Source: Candidatus Avedoeria danica (GTDB lineage: Bacteria; Chloroflexota; Anaerolineae; Epilineales; Epilineaceae). Taken from it: a DNA stretch of 64,000 nucleotides. Made by a program: the position numbers and the translations under genes. Numbering within the stretch: the first letter of the stretch is position 1; every line of letters begins with the position of its first letter. Shown here piece after piece: positions 39,884 through 48,951 of the stretch. Under the pieces are notes generated by a model that was given only the letters and a program-made list of their open reading frames with translations, was not told the origin of the DNA and made no database searches. The stretch covers positions 299,164 to 363,163 of the forward strand of contig JADJCV010000004.1 in NCBI GenBank assembly GCA_016703025.1, read 5' to 3'.

Positions 39884-42043
39884 CTACCGCCTTCCCCAAA
39901 ACGCCCCCGCCGGACACGGCAACCGCACCGCGATCGAACTGTAAATCCCCGCCAGCGCCTCCGCATCCGGCGCCGTGAACGCATCCGCCGGCCCGCTCGC
40001 GATCGCCCGCAGCGCGTCCACGTCCAGGTCGTACCCGACGCCCACGGTGAACACCGTCACGCCCGCCGCCTTGGCCCGCGCCGCCTCCGCCACCGCCACG
40101 TCCGCCGGCACCGGGTTCGCGCGGCCGTCCGTGAGGACGATCATCGCCGCGGCGTTGCCCGCACTGCGCCGTGCCGGGTCGGCGAGCGCCTCGGCAGCGA
40201 CGGCGACGGCGCGGTCGAGGCGCGTGAGGGATGCCGTGGTGATGGAGCCCAGCGCGGCGTCGAGGGCGGCGCGGTCGTCGGTCAGCGGCTGGAGGAGCCA
40301 GGCGTCGCTGTTGAACGTGACGATCGCGGCCTGATCACCCTCGGCCAGCCGGAGCGTGCCGAGGAACGTGCGGGCGGCGTCGACGGCGGCGGCGAGCTTG
40401 GTGCGGCCGGCGGCGGTGGGTTCGGTCATGGACGACGAGGCGTCGATGGCGAGGGCGATGTCGACGTGGCGTTGGGAGGGGGTGCAGGACTCGGTGAGGG
40501 CGAGGGGGAGGTAGATGGGGGCGGGGAGTGGTGTTGGCGTGGCGGTGAGGGAAGGCGTGGCGGTGGGGAAGGGCGATGGGGTGGCGGTGGCGAGGGGGGA
40601 AGGCGTGGGCGTTGGGGTGAGCGTGGGGGTGGGGGATGCGGTGGGCGTGGGCGTTGGGGAGGGCGGGGGGGTGAGGAGGCCGTTGGCGGTCCAGATGTCG
40701 CCGGGGAAGTTGTCGCGGGTGGTGGATGCCGTGAGCATCCGGCGGTACTCGAGCGTGCGCCCGTCGTCCATTACCTCGATGACCGCGAAATCGCCATCGC
40801 CGGTGTCCTCCGATGATGCGGCGATGAGATAGCGACCATCCGCGCTCCAGGCGATCGAGTACGCCGGGCCAAAGGGCGCGACGGTGAGCGCACGAGTTCG
40901 AAGCCAACTGGAGTTGATGGGCCGCCGAATGCTGAGTCGGGATAGCTCCGCGGCTTCGTACGGCCGCGCGGGATCGTACGAAGCATCGCTCGTCGGAACG
41001 GGAGACAGTCGGTATACAGCCACGTACTCGTCCGCGTGGACTGCCAGCAGATCATCGTTCAGCCACGCATTGTTGAATGCGACGCCGCCTGCGAATCGGG
41101 CGTCTGGCGCCAATGTTACGGTTTGAGCAGTGCGTGCCACCAAGTCGACAAGAGCGATGTCGCCGGCAATCAGTCTGTTGGTCGCGACGAGGCGCTCCTC
41201 GGAATTCATAGTTGCGTGGAGAGCGTGGATTGGGCGTCCCTTTCCGTAAGACATGTGATCGGGAGCCGTGGCCGTTGGAAATGAGATTGCTGCACCCATC
41301 GGCGACCAAGTATCGATGTTGAATGACTCGATGGTGCCGCCATCTGTAAGCACAATAATCGTTTTGTCATCTCGAGTAGGTAGAATTTCTACCGGAAGAT
41401 GATTTAGGTTGGAACTTGAGTCGACTCGTTCAATTTGCGGATAGTTGGAAATCGGACCCTTGAATCGTATGTGATCGAGGCCAAATGGTGGCTTCGGAAC
41501 GACGACATTAAACGGAATGTCGTGTCGAATCTGCTGTCCGGAACGAGTCATTATGAAGGTGCCATCAGTCAGCGCGGCAACGCCGCCGAACGGTGCATAG
41601 TCACGGTCGCGTGAACGGCCATCCACAAGGCGCGAAGATGAATCCAGCTTCCACTCTGCCAGGAGCGCGAATGGTTTGCACCTTTGGTCGAAGTCCCCTG
41701 CCCAAGTGGCCTCATCGACTCGAAACCCACAGCCCTCGCCCGGCCCGGCGATCAGCATTGACAAGTCGCTGGACGCCGCCATCCTTCCTAGTCCAAGATA
41801 CGATCGTCCGCGTACAAGCGATTCGCCGTTATCCACATTGTGAATCGTCAGCGCCCCTTGTCCATCATATGGCCGCGACAACGATCCCGTTAGCGTAACA
41901 TCAATGAGTACCACGGCTCTCACAAGATCAGGTAACGTTTGCGCGTGTACACGAATAACTACCGCAATAGCCAATCCAATCATCGACAGCCCGGTGACAA
42001 GGATTCCTGTGATCGCGTGGAGCCGAGGCGCCTTTCGATTCAT
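39884..42043 (-). CDS. Cassette C large gene: secreted propeller-like / PT-linker / VWA protein
   Basis: MNRKAPRLHAITGILVTGLSMIGLAIAVVIRVHA|Q. Intact single ORF of 719 aa. Confidence 0.7.
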   Translation of the reverse strand: MNRKAPRLHAITGILVTGLSMIGLAIAVVIRVHAQTLPDLVRAVVLIDVTLTGSLSRPYDGQGALTIHNVDNGESLVRGRSYLGLGRMAASSDLSMLIAGPGEGCGFRVDEATWAGDFDQRCKPFALLAEWKLDSSSRLVDGRSRDRDYAPFGGVAALTDGTFIMTRSGQQIRHDIPFNVVVPKPPFGLDHIRFKGPISNYPQIERVDSSSNLNHLPVEILPTRDDKTIIVLTDGGTIESFNIDTWSPMGAAISFPTATAPDHMSYGKGRPIHALHATMNSEERLVATNRLIAGDIALVDLVARTAQTVTLAPDARFAGGVAFNNAWLNDDLLAVHADEYVAVYRLSPVPTSDASYDPARPYEAAELSRLSIRRPINSSWLRTRALTVAPFGPAYSIAWSADGRYLIAASSEDTGDGDFAVIEVMDDGRTLEYRRMLTASTTRDNFPGDIWTANGLLTPPPSPTPTPTASPTPTLTPTPTPSPLATATPSPFPTATPSLTATPTPLPAPIYLPLALTESCTPSQRHVDIALAIDASSSMTEPTAAGRTKLAAAVDAARTFLGTLRLAEGDQAAIVTFNSDAWLLQPLTDDRAALDAALGSITTASLTRLDRAVAVAAEALADPARRSAGNAAAMIVLTDGRANPVPADVAVAEAARAKAAGVTVFTVGVGYDLDVDALRAIASGPADAFTAPDAEALAGIYSSIAVRLPCPAGAFWGRR

Positions 42044-42154
42044 GGACTTTCGACTCCTGAATGGCGGGAGCAGCGAAGACGCACTTTCGCCTCCGCTGCT
42101 CTCGGCTCACCGTAGTGACTCCGAATTCAATTGTCGACCTAGGTCAGCACAGCG

Positions 42155-42899
42155 TCAGTTGTAGACGATGTCCACCGTAGGGCCACTCGCGACACCGCAC
42201 GAATTGGTGCACTCGAACGGACCGCTGTCGGTAGTGCCGAAGGCCTGCGAGATTGGACTGACCGCAGTGCTTTCGGAGCACAATAGGCCATTGATCTGGT
42301 TGCCGTTGTCGACGCTGGTTGTCACGTACTCAACCTCCGAAAGGAAGCCGTCCACGGCCCCATTGCACGTCGTCCCGTTTTTCTCGTTCAAGCTAACAAC
42401 GAGCTCATAACCCCAGCTGTTGTTGATGCTCATCCCGCTGCCGCAACCATACGTTGTGCAGATCGTAACCCCAAATACGGGGCCGACGAACGCGTTGCAT
42501 CCTGTGCAGGTTGCAGACCAGCTGTTGGTGGCATCTGACCAATCCACCGCTACATCGACCTGAGCCGTGGCCGTATGATCGCAGTCACACTGCTCTGGCG
42601 CACCGTGGGTCGAGCCCCAATACGCAGTGATCTCCCAGTCTTCGCCAGTATTGGGCTCGACTGCGATCACTGTGGTGGGGTTGATCTGGTCGTAGTGAAT
42701 GACATCTATGGCGGAAACTTCAATCGTGCCGGGCGCACAATCGTCTTCGCCGCAGTATTGTGCGTACGCCGCCTGTGGTGCCAGCGCCGCCATCACGGAC
42801 GCGGCCATCACCGCAAGGCCAACGCTAACGCGGATGGGAATCAGCCGACGCGACGTGCGTCCGATCGGGGGCGGGGGGGGATATAACGGTAAACAACAT
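42155..42899 (-). pseudogene. Cassette C small gene: Cys-rich protein paralog with +1 frameshift in a C8 (plus-strand G8) tract just after the start codon
   Basis: ATG TTG TTT ACC GTT ATA TCC CCC CCC GCC… shows one extra C relative to the in-frame paralogs (TCC CCT CCC CCG), giving a stop after 24 codons. The track ORF restarts at internal MMAASVMAALAPQAAYAQ. Confidence 0.5.
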
Positions 42900-43169
42900 G
42901 ATCCAGTACCTCCTGATACGGCGGCCTGTATGGGGGCAGGCCACTCGGCGGGTTGCCGGAGGCGTGTACTTTGCCGTCACGGCGGTGGGGGATCCCGCGG
43001 GGATGGACAGGGCCAGTCTACCCGGCGATCAAACGCTTGTCAATGGCCTTTCGAGAACTTGCGACACCGAAACGACATCACGTTCTGCCTTATCGAGACG
43101 TCCGTTGCAGACCGGGAAAATTGCCTCGATCCGCCCTGCAAGTCGCTTCCTCCGTCGCAAGCCGAAGCG

Positions 43170-45317
43170 CTACCGTCTCCCCCAAAACGCCCCCGCCGGA
43201 CAAGGCAACCGCACCGCGATCGAGCTGTAAATCCCCGCCAACGCCTCCGCATCCGGCGCCACGAACGCGTCCGCCGGCCGGCTCGCGATCGCCCGCAGCG
43301 CGTCCACGTCCAGGTCGTACCCAACGCCCACGGTGAACACCGTCACGCCCGCCGCCTTGGCGCGCGCGGCTTCGGCGACGGCGACGTCCGCCGGGACGGG
43401 GTTCGCGCGGCCGTCCGTGAGGACGATCATCGCCGCGGCGTTCTCGGCCCTGCGCCGCGCCGGGTCGGCGAGCGCTTCGGCGGCGACGGCGACGGCGCGG
43501 TCGAGGCGGGTGAGGGATGCCGTGGTGATGGAGGCGAGCGCGGCGTCGAGGGCGGCGCGGTCGTCGGTCAGCGGCTGGAGGAGCCAGGCGTCGCTGTTGA
43601 ACGTGACGATCGCGGCCTGATCGCCCTGGGCCAGCCGGAGCGTGCCGAGGAACGTGCGGGCGGCGTCGATGGCGGCGGCGAGCTTGGTGCGGCCGGCGGC
43701 GGTGGGCTCGGTCATGGACGACGAGGCGTCGATCGCGAGGGCGATGTCGACGTGGCGTTGGGAGGGGGTGCAGGATTCGGTGAGAGCGAGGGGGAGGTAG
43801 ATGGGGGCGGGGAGGGGCGTCGGGGTGGCGGTGGAGGAGGGCGTGGCAGTCGGGAAGGGCGATGGGGTGGCGGTGGCGAGGGGAGACGGCGTGGGTGTGG
43901 CGGTGAGCGTGGGGGTGGGAGAGGCAGTGGCGGTGGGCGTCGGGGAGGGCGGGGGGGTGAGGAGGCCGTTGGCGGTCCAGATGTCGCCGGGGAGGTTTTC
44001 GCGGACAGTTGAGGCGACTAGCATGCGGCGGAGTTCAAGGTGCCGCCCGTCATCTAGAACCTCGATGACGGCGAAGTCGCCATCGCCGTTCTCTTCCGAG
44101 GCGGCGGCGATCAAGTACTGGCCACTTGCACTCCAGGCAATTGAAAGGGAAGGACCACTGGGGGCATTCGTGAAAGCACGATTGCCGGGATAATCAGAAT
44201 TGTAGGGTGCTCGAATCGGCAGTCTTGCGATCTCGCGCGCCACGTAAGGGCGCGAAGCATCGTATGCCGCGTCCAAGTTGGACATCGCTACAAGTTCGTA
44301 CACGGCCACCAGCGTGTTGGCGTGTACAGCTAGAAGGTTGCGGTTTAGCCACGCGTTGTTGAACGAAACGCCGCCCACATACTTGAGGTCCGGCGCCAGT
44401 GCAACGGACTGTGAAGTGCGGCTGACGACATCGATCGCTGCGATGTTGCCAGCGAATTGACGGTTCGTTACAACAAGGCCTCTGTGCGTATTCATCGTGG
44501 CATGAAGCGCAGGCAGAGATCGTCCTTGGCCAAAGTAATAGTGCGGCGGTGAGACTGCTGTCGGGAACGGGATTGGTTCGGCAAGCACCGACCAGGTTGA
44601 GACGTCCATCGCCTCGATCGTCCCACCGTCCGTCATGATGATGACCTCATCACCACGACCAGTTGGCAGAATCTCGACTGCGAGGTGGTCGGTTCGCGGG
44701 CTGGCGCTGACCGTGTCGATCCCGGCACGCGTCCCAACGTTGCGCCGGAAATGAACACGATCGATGCCAAAGGGCGGTTGCGGCAACATGACCAGGCCAA
44801 TGTCATGAAGGGCGTATCCCGCCCTGGCGAAGAGGAACGAGCCATCCCGCATGGCAGCGACTGCACCATAGGTTGCAAAGTCGCGGCCGCGAACGCGCCC
44901 TTCCTGGAACAGTTCCGGCCCGGTACTATTCAACTCTGCGACAATGGCGAACGGGGAACATGAATTGAAGCCGTTGATCTGCTCTTCGCCAAAATGAAAC
45001 CCACAATTGTAGCCGGTGCCGGCAGTGACAAATGACATGTCTGGCGATGCGGACATCCGCCCCAAAGCGCTGTATGTTTTGCCTCGAAAAATACGCGCGC
45101 CGCTTTCAATATTGTGTATGGTAAGGGCCGACATGCCATCATTGGGCCGCACGTTGGGTGAGATATGGTCGTCGATGAGAATTACCGAATGGAGCACGTC
45201 GATCGAGGTCTGTGCGCGCGCGGCATTGTGTGTCGTGAAAGCTACAGCGGTTACGCAAGTTCCTCCCAATGCGATGGCCAGGACTGTGGGAACTCGACTG
45301 CGCAAGCCACTCATCAC
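43170..45317 (-). CDS. Cassette D large gene: secreted propeller-like / PT-linker / VWA protein
   Basis: MMSGLRSRVPTVLAIALGGTCVTAVAFTTHNAARA|Q. 715 aa. N-domain most similar to copy A. Confidence 0.7.
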   Translation of the reverse strand: MMSGLRSRVPTVLAIALGGTCVTAVAFTTHNAARAQTSIDVLHSVILIDDHISPNVRPNDGMSALTIHNIESGARIFRGKTYSALGRMSASPDMSFVTAGTGYNCGFHFGEEQINGFNSCSPFAIVAELNSTGPELFQEGRVRGRDFATYGAVAAMRDGSFLFARAGYALHDIGLVMLPQPPFGIDRVHFRRNVGTRAGIDTVSASPRTDHLAVEILPTGRGDEVIIMTDGGTIEAMDVSTWSVLAEPIPFPTAVSPPHYYFGQGRSLPALHATMNTHRGLVVTNRQFAGNIAAIDVVSRTSQSVALAPDLKYVGGVSFNNAWLNRNLLAVHANTLVAVYELVAMSNLDAAYDASRPYVAREIARLPIRAPYNSDYPGNRAFTNAPSGPSLSIAWSASGQYLIAAASEENGDGDFAVIEVLDDGRHLELRRMLVASTVRENLPGDIWTANGLLTPPPSPTPTATASPTPTLTATPTPSPLATATPSPFPTATPSSTATPTPLPAPIYLPLALTESCTPSQRHVDIALAIDASSSMTEPTAAGRTKLAAAIDAARTFLGTLRLAQGDQAAIVTFNSDAWLLQPLTDDRAALDAALASITTASLTRLDRAVAVAAEALADPARRRAENAAAMIVLTDGRANPVPADVAVAEAARAKAAGVTVFTVGVGYDLDVDALRAIASRPADAFVAPDAEALAGIYSSIAVRLPCPAGAFWGRR

Positions 45318-45430
45318 ATACTCCGGCGTTCATGGAGGGCGGCGGCGTTAGGCCGACAACTCGGCCACACGCCGTCGCCCCGATCAGTGACGTTCTCTCC
45401 AAGGCTCGCTGGAACTGACCGGTGGCCCGC

Positions 45431-46183
45431 TCAGTTGTAGATGATGTCTACCTGCGGTCCGCTGGCGCCCGCGCACGAGTAGGTGCACTCGAATGCACCA
45501 TTGTCTGTCACGCCAAACGACTGGCTGATCGGACTTACAGCCGTGCTCTCAGAACACAGGAGTCCGTTAATCTGGTTGCCATCATCGACGCTCGTAGTCA
45601 CGTACTCTACGCGCGTCAGATATCCGTTCACGCCCGGATTGCAGGAGATGCTGCTGAACATTCCATTGATCTTCAGCACGTCAACAACCAGTTCGTACCC
45701 CCAACTGTTGTCAACGCTCATCCCGCTGCCGCAGCCGTACGTGGCACAGACGGTAACGCCATAGATCGGCCCATTCGTCGGGTTGCAGCCCGTGCAGGAT
45801 GCCGACCAGCTATCGGTGGAGTCGGACCAGTCAACATCGACGGACACAGATGCCGAGTTCGTCTGTTGGCACTGGCAGGCGAGTGGATTCGCCAGCAGCG
45901 AGTCCCAGTAAGCCGTGATCGACCACGTCTCTCCGGTGTCCGGCTCCACCGCTACGACGTCATCGTCGTCGATCTGGTCGTAGTGGATGACATCGATCGC
46001 GGACACTTGGCGGTTGAAGTTGACGCAGTCATTGCGTCCACAGGTCTGCGCATACGCCGCCTGCGGTGCCAGCGCCGCCATCACGGCCGCGGCCACCGCC
46101 GCAAGGCCAACACGAACGCGGATGGGAATCAGCCGACGCGACGTGCGTCCGATCGGGTTGGGGGATACAAAGGTAATCGACAT
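45431..46183 (-). CDS. Cassette D small gene: secreted Cys-rich protein paralog
   Basis: AGGAGG RBS. MSITFVSPNPIGRTSRRLIPIRVRVGLAAVAAAVMAALAPQAAYA|Q. The track ORF extends to 46264. Confidence 0.7.
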   Translation of the reverse strand: MSITFVSPNPIGRTSRRLIPIRVRVGLAAVAAAVMAALAPQAAYAQTCGRNDCVNFNRQVSAIDVIHYDQIDDDDVVAVEPDTGETWSITAYWDSLLANPLACQCQQTNSASVSVDVDWSDSTDSWSASCTGCNPTNGPIYGVTVCATYGCGSGMSVDNSWGYELVVDVLKINGMFSSISCNPGVNGYLTRVEYVTTSVDDGNQINGLLCSESTAVSPISQSFGVTDNGAFECTYSCAGASGPQVDIIYN

Positions 46184-46565
46184 AATCCAGTACCTCCTGA
46201 TAGGACAGCCTGATTGGGGGCAGGCCGCCCGGCGGGTTGCCGGAGGCGTGTACTTTGCCGTCACGGCGGTGGGGGATCCCGCGGGGATGGATGGACGGAG
46301 GGAAGCCTACAGGCACTCGGCGCGGGTGTCAATAGGTGCATGCGTTGTTGAACTGTGGAATCCAATGAATAATTTACAATTCCTTCTCGACATCCGCACA
46401 GTTGACGACGCTTTGAACTGCACAGAGTGCACGACACTCAGGCGCGAAAGGACATCTGACTGACTAGGTTCTCTTCAACTCTATCGAAGTTACAGTTCGC
46501 ATGCCTGTAACACTCGCGTGCAATCTGTCGCACATTGATCGCGCCGCAGTTCCACCGCGTGTCTC

Positions 46566-48554
46566 TTACCGCCGCCCCCAAAACGCCCCCGCCGGACAAG
46601 GCAACCGCACCGCGATCGAGCTGTAAATCCCCGCCAACGCCTCCGCATCCGGCGCCACGAACGCATCCGCCGGCCGGCTAGCGATCGCCCGCAGCGCGTC
46701 CACGTCCAGGTCGTACCCGACGCCCACGGTGAACACCGTCACGCCCGCCGCCTTGGCGCGCGCCGCCTCCGCCACCGCCACGTCCGCCGGCACCGGGTTC
46801 GCGCGGCCGTCCGTGAGGACGATCATCGCCGCGGCGTTCTCGGCCCTGCGCCGCGCCGGGTCGGCGAGCGCTTCGGCGGCGACGGCGACGGCGCGGTCGA
46901 GGCGGGTGAGGGATGCCGTGGTGATGGAGGCGAGCGCGGCGTCGAGGGCGGCGCGGTCATCGGTCAGCGGCTGGAGGAGCCAGGCGTCGCTGTTGAACGT
47001 GACGATCGCGGCCTGATCGCCCTCGGCCAGCCGGAGCGTGCCGAGGAACGTGCGGGCGGCGTCGACGGCGGCGGCGAGCTTCGTGCGGCCGGCGGCGGTG
47101 GGCTCGGTCATGGACGACGAGGCGTCGATGGCGAGGGCGATGTCGACGTGGCGTTGGGAGGGGGTGCAGGATTCGGAGAGGGCGAGGGGGAGGTAGATGG
47201 GGGCGGGGAGGGGCGTGGGGGTGGCGGTGGGGGAAGGAGTGGCGGTCGGGAAGGGCGTTGGGGTGGCGGTGGCGAGGGGGGACGGCGTGGGCGGGGCGGT
47301 GAGCGTGGGGGTGGGGGACGCGGTGGGGGTGGGCGTTGGGGAGGGCGGGGGGGTGAGGAGGCCGTTGGCGGTCCAGATGTCGTTGGGGAGGTTTCCGTTC
47401 TCGGTACATGCAGTCAGATAGCGTTCAATCTCAAGGTCCCGCCCGTCGTCTCGCACGTCGATGACGACAAACTCGGCGTCATCATGATCGGTAGCGGCGA
47501 TGATGTGTGTTCCTCGTGAGGACCATGCGACCGAGAAAAGGGGTCCGGCGGCCGCGGATTCGACCACGCTCAATCCTTGCTTTGCAGCGTTGCTCGGCGG
47601 ATCAATCGCGATCCGTCCAACTTCGCTAGCCGTCGAGTCGGCCATTAGACGATAGACGACCACTAGATCCATAGCATGTACGGCTAGTAGTCCGGAATTG
47701 ATCGGGCCGGCATTGATAGATACGCCATCCACAAAACGTAGATCAGATGACAGCGGGACAACTACTGATTTGCGCGTTGCCACGTCAATCATGGCGATGC
47801 TCGGGGATAGCATCCGATTGACGATGATACGTCGCCCGTCGGCCATGATCGTCGCATGCATTGCTCCGATTGCCGCCTTCCCTCCATACGGACGACTATA
47901 TCCTGACACCGCAGTCGGATACGGGATGGGAGGCTCCGCCCACTTCATCGTACTCGTGTCAATGACTCCAACACTGCCATTGGATTGAACAATTGCCGTA
48001 AATCGTGAATCCGCAGTTCGAAGGAACTCAATCGGCAAAGATGCGATGGCCATGCGCCCGAGTTGTAGTGCAAGAGCATCTCGATTCGCGATAGCCGCGG
48101 GTAACGTGATGCGAGCAACAAAGTAGGGCGACCTTGGGACAAGAATGCTTGCACCATCGTTGAGATCATAGCCAGCCTCGGCGACCAAGAGCGTTGAATC
48201 GCGCAGGAATGCAATGCCTCCCATCGTGCCAAACTTGTTGCCGCGAATCCGCCCCGTTGAGAAGCCTCCTCGACTGCCATCAACGGCCGTGAGGGCGATG
48301 AGTGCTGGCGTGCAATCCGGTGGATTGGGTTCGCGAAAGCTCACTGCGCAGCTATTGCTCAACGTGCTAATCATCACCGACGCATCATCTCGAACTGCCA
48401 GTCTACCCGGAGACACGAGGGTGTCGCTACTCTGAATTCGTGAACCGTCCACTATGTTGAATACCGAGATTGCATCACATCCGGCTGAGTCCATTGCCAG
48501 ATCTTCCGTGACGACTACCAGGTCCTCAAGTTGGACTTCGGTCTGAGCCCCCAC
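46566..48554 (-). CDS. Terminal (5'-most) large paralog E: divergent propeller-like domain + PT linker + identical VWA; no recognisable signal peptide and no small-gene partner
   Basis: GTG start directly after an in-frame TGA. The N-terminal 450 aa is much more divergent than in A-D. VWA and linker match copy A at DNA level. Confidence 0.55.
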   Translation of the reverse strand: MGAQTEVQLEDLVVVTEDLAMDSAGCDAISVFNIVDGSRIQSSDTLVSPGRLAVRDDASVMISTLSNSCAVSFREPNPPDCTPALIALTAVDGSRGGFSTGRIRGNKFGTMGGIAFLRDSTLLVAEAGYDLNDGASILVPRSPYFVARITLPAAIANRDALALQLGRMAIASLPIEFLRTADSRFTAIVQSNGSVGVIDTSTMKWAEPPIPYPTAVSGYSRPYGGKAAIGAMHATIMADGRRIIVNRMLSPSIAMIDVATRKSVVVPLSSDLRFVDGVSINAGPINSGLLAVHAMDLVVVYRLMADSTASEVGRIAIDPPSNAAKQGLSVVESAAAGPLFSVAWSSRGTHIIAATDHDDAEFVVIDVRDDGRDLEIERYLTACTENGNLPNDIWTANGLLTPPPSPTPTPTASPTPTLTAPPTPSPLATATPTPFPTATPSPTATPTPLPAPIYLPLALSESCTPSQRHVDIALAIDASSSMTEPTAAGRTKLAAAVDAARTFLGTLRLAEGDQAAIVTFNSDAWLLQPLTDDRAALDAALASITTASLTRLDRAVAVAAEALADPARRRAENAAAMIVLTDGRANPVPADVAVAEAARAKAAGVTVFTVGVGYDLDVDALRAIASRPADAFVAPDAEALAGIYSSIAVRLPCPAGAFWGRR

Positions 48555-48672
48555 CCGTTCAGGTCATAGAAGCCGGAGCGCCATGGTGGCAATCAAGGTG
48601 ACGGAGAGCCACTCGGCCCCGCGAGCGGGTCGGGCGCAGAAGTGACGATGGCCAGTGGGCGACCATCGCGCG

Positions 48673-48696
48673 AGAGACGAGCGCCCGGAGGCTTCA
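48673..48696 (-). terminator. Perfect 11-bp inverted repeat GCCCGGAGGCT-tc-AGCCTCCGGGC downstream of the 48952..52623 gene
   Basis: GC hairpin. The flank is only weakly U-rich. Confidence 0.3.
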
Positions 48697-48787
48697 GCCT
48701 CCGGGCGGTCGTCGGTTGCGCGGGGACCTGCCCGTTTACCCCGCTTCCCACGCCGTCGCACGCCCCGCCACACACCGTGTACTTCGT

Positions 48788-48853
48788 GTCACACGCCAGT
48801 GCACACCGCGTCACACGCCAGTAGACTTCGCGTCACACGCCAGTGCATCTGCC
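48788..48853. repeat. 3 x 22-bp direct repeats (GTCACACGCCAGTrnannnncnc) in the region upstream of paralog E
   Basis: Units read as gtcacacgccagtgcacaccgc, gtcacacgccagtagacttcgc and gtcacacgccagtgcatctgcc. Confidence 0.4.
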
Positions 48854-48951
48854 GCCGCACGCCCGCGCGCTTCGAGACACACGCCACCCGGCCCTTCGTT
48901 CCACGCTGTGCGGGTTGGAGGACAAACACGGTCTGCGTCGGCGCACCGCAC

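Larger units (their letters stand above)
33287..48554 (-). repeat. Tandem array of a ~3.3-kb coding cassette (units ending at 33287, 36574, 39884, 43170, 46566) with near-identical ~0.75-kb VWA/linker/3'UTR segments
   Basis: Identical antisense track ORFs at 33450..33737, 43333..43620 and 46729..47016 prove at least 288 bp of identity. C-terminal 230 aa of all five large ORFs are the same (IYLPLALTESCTPSQRHVDIALAIDASSSMTEP…AFWGRR). Spacings are 3287, 3310, 3286 and 3396 bp. Confidence 0.85.

Noticed and set aside
33287-48554. Possibility that the regular ~3.3-kb repeats are a CRISPR array or rRNA/IS cluster
   Set aside because: Units are kilobases long and protein-coding. There are no short repeat-spacer structures, no cas genes, no transposase and no terminal IRs at unit boundaries.
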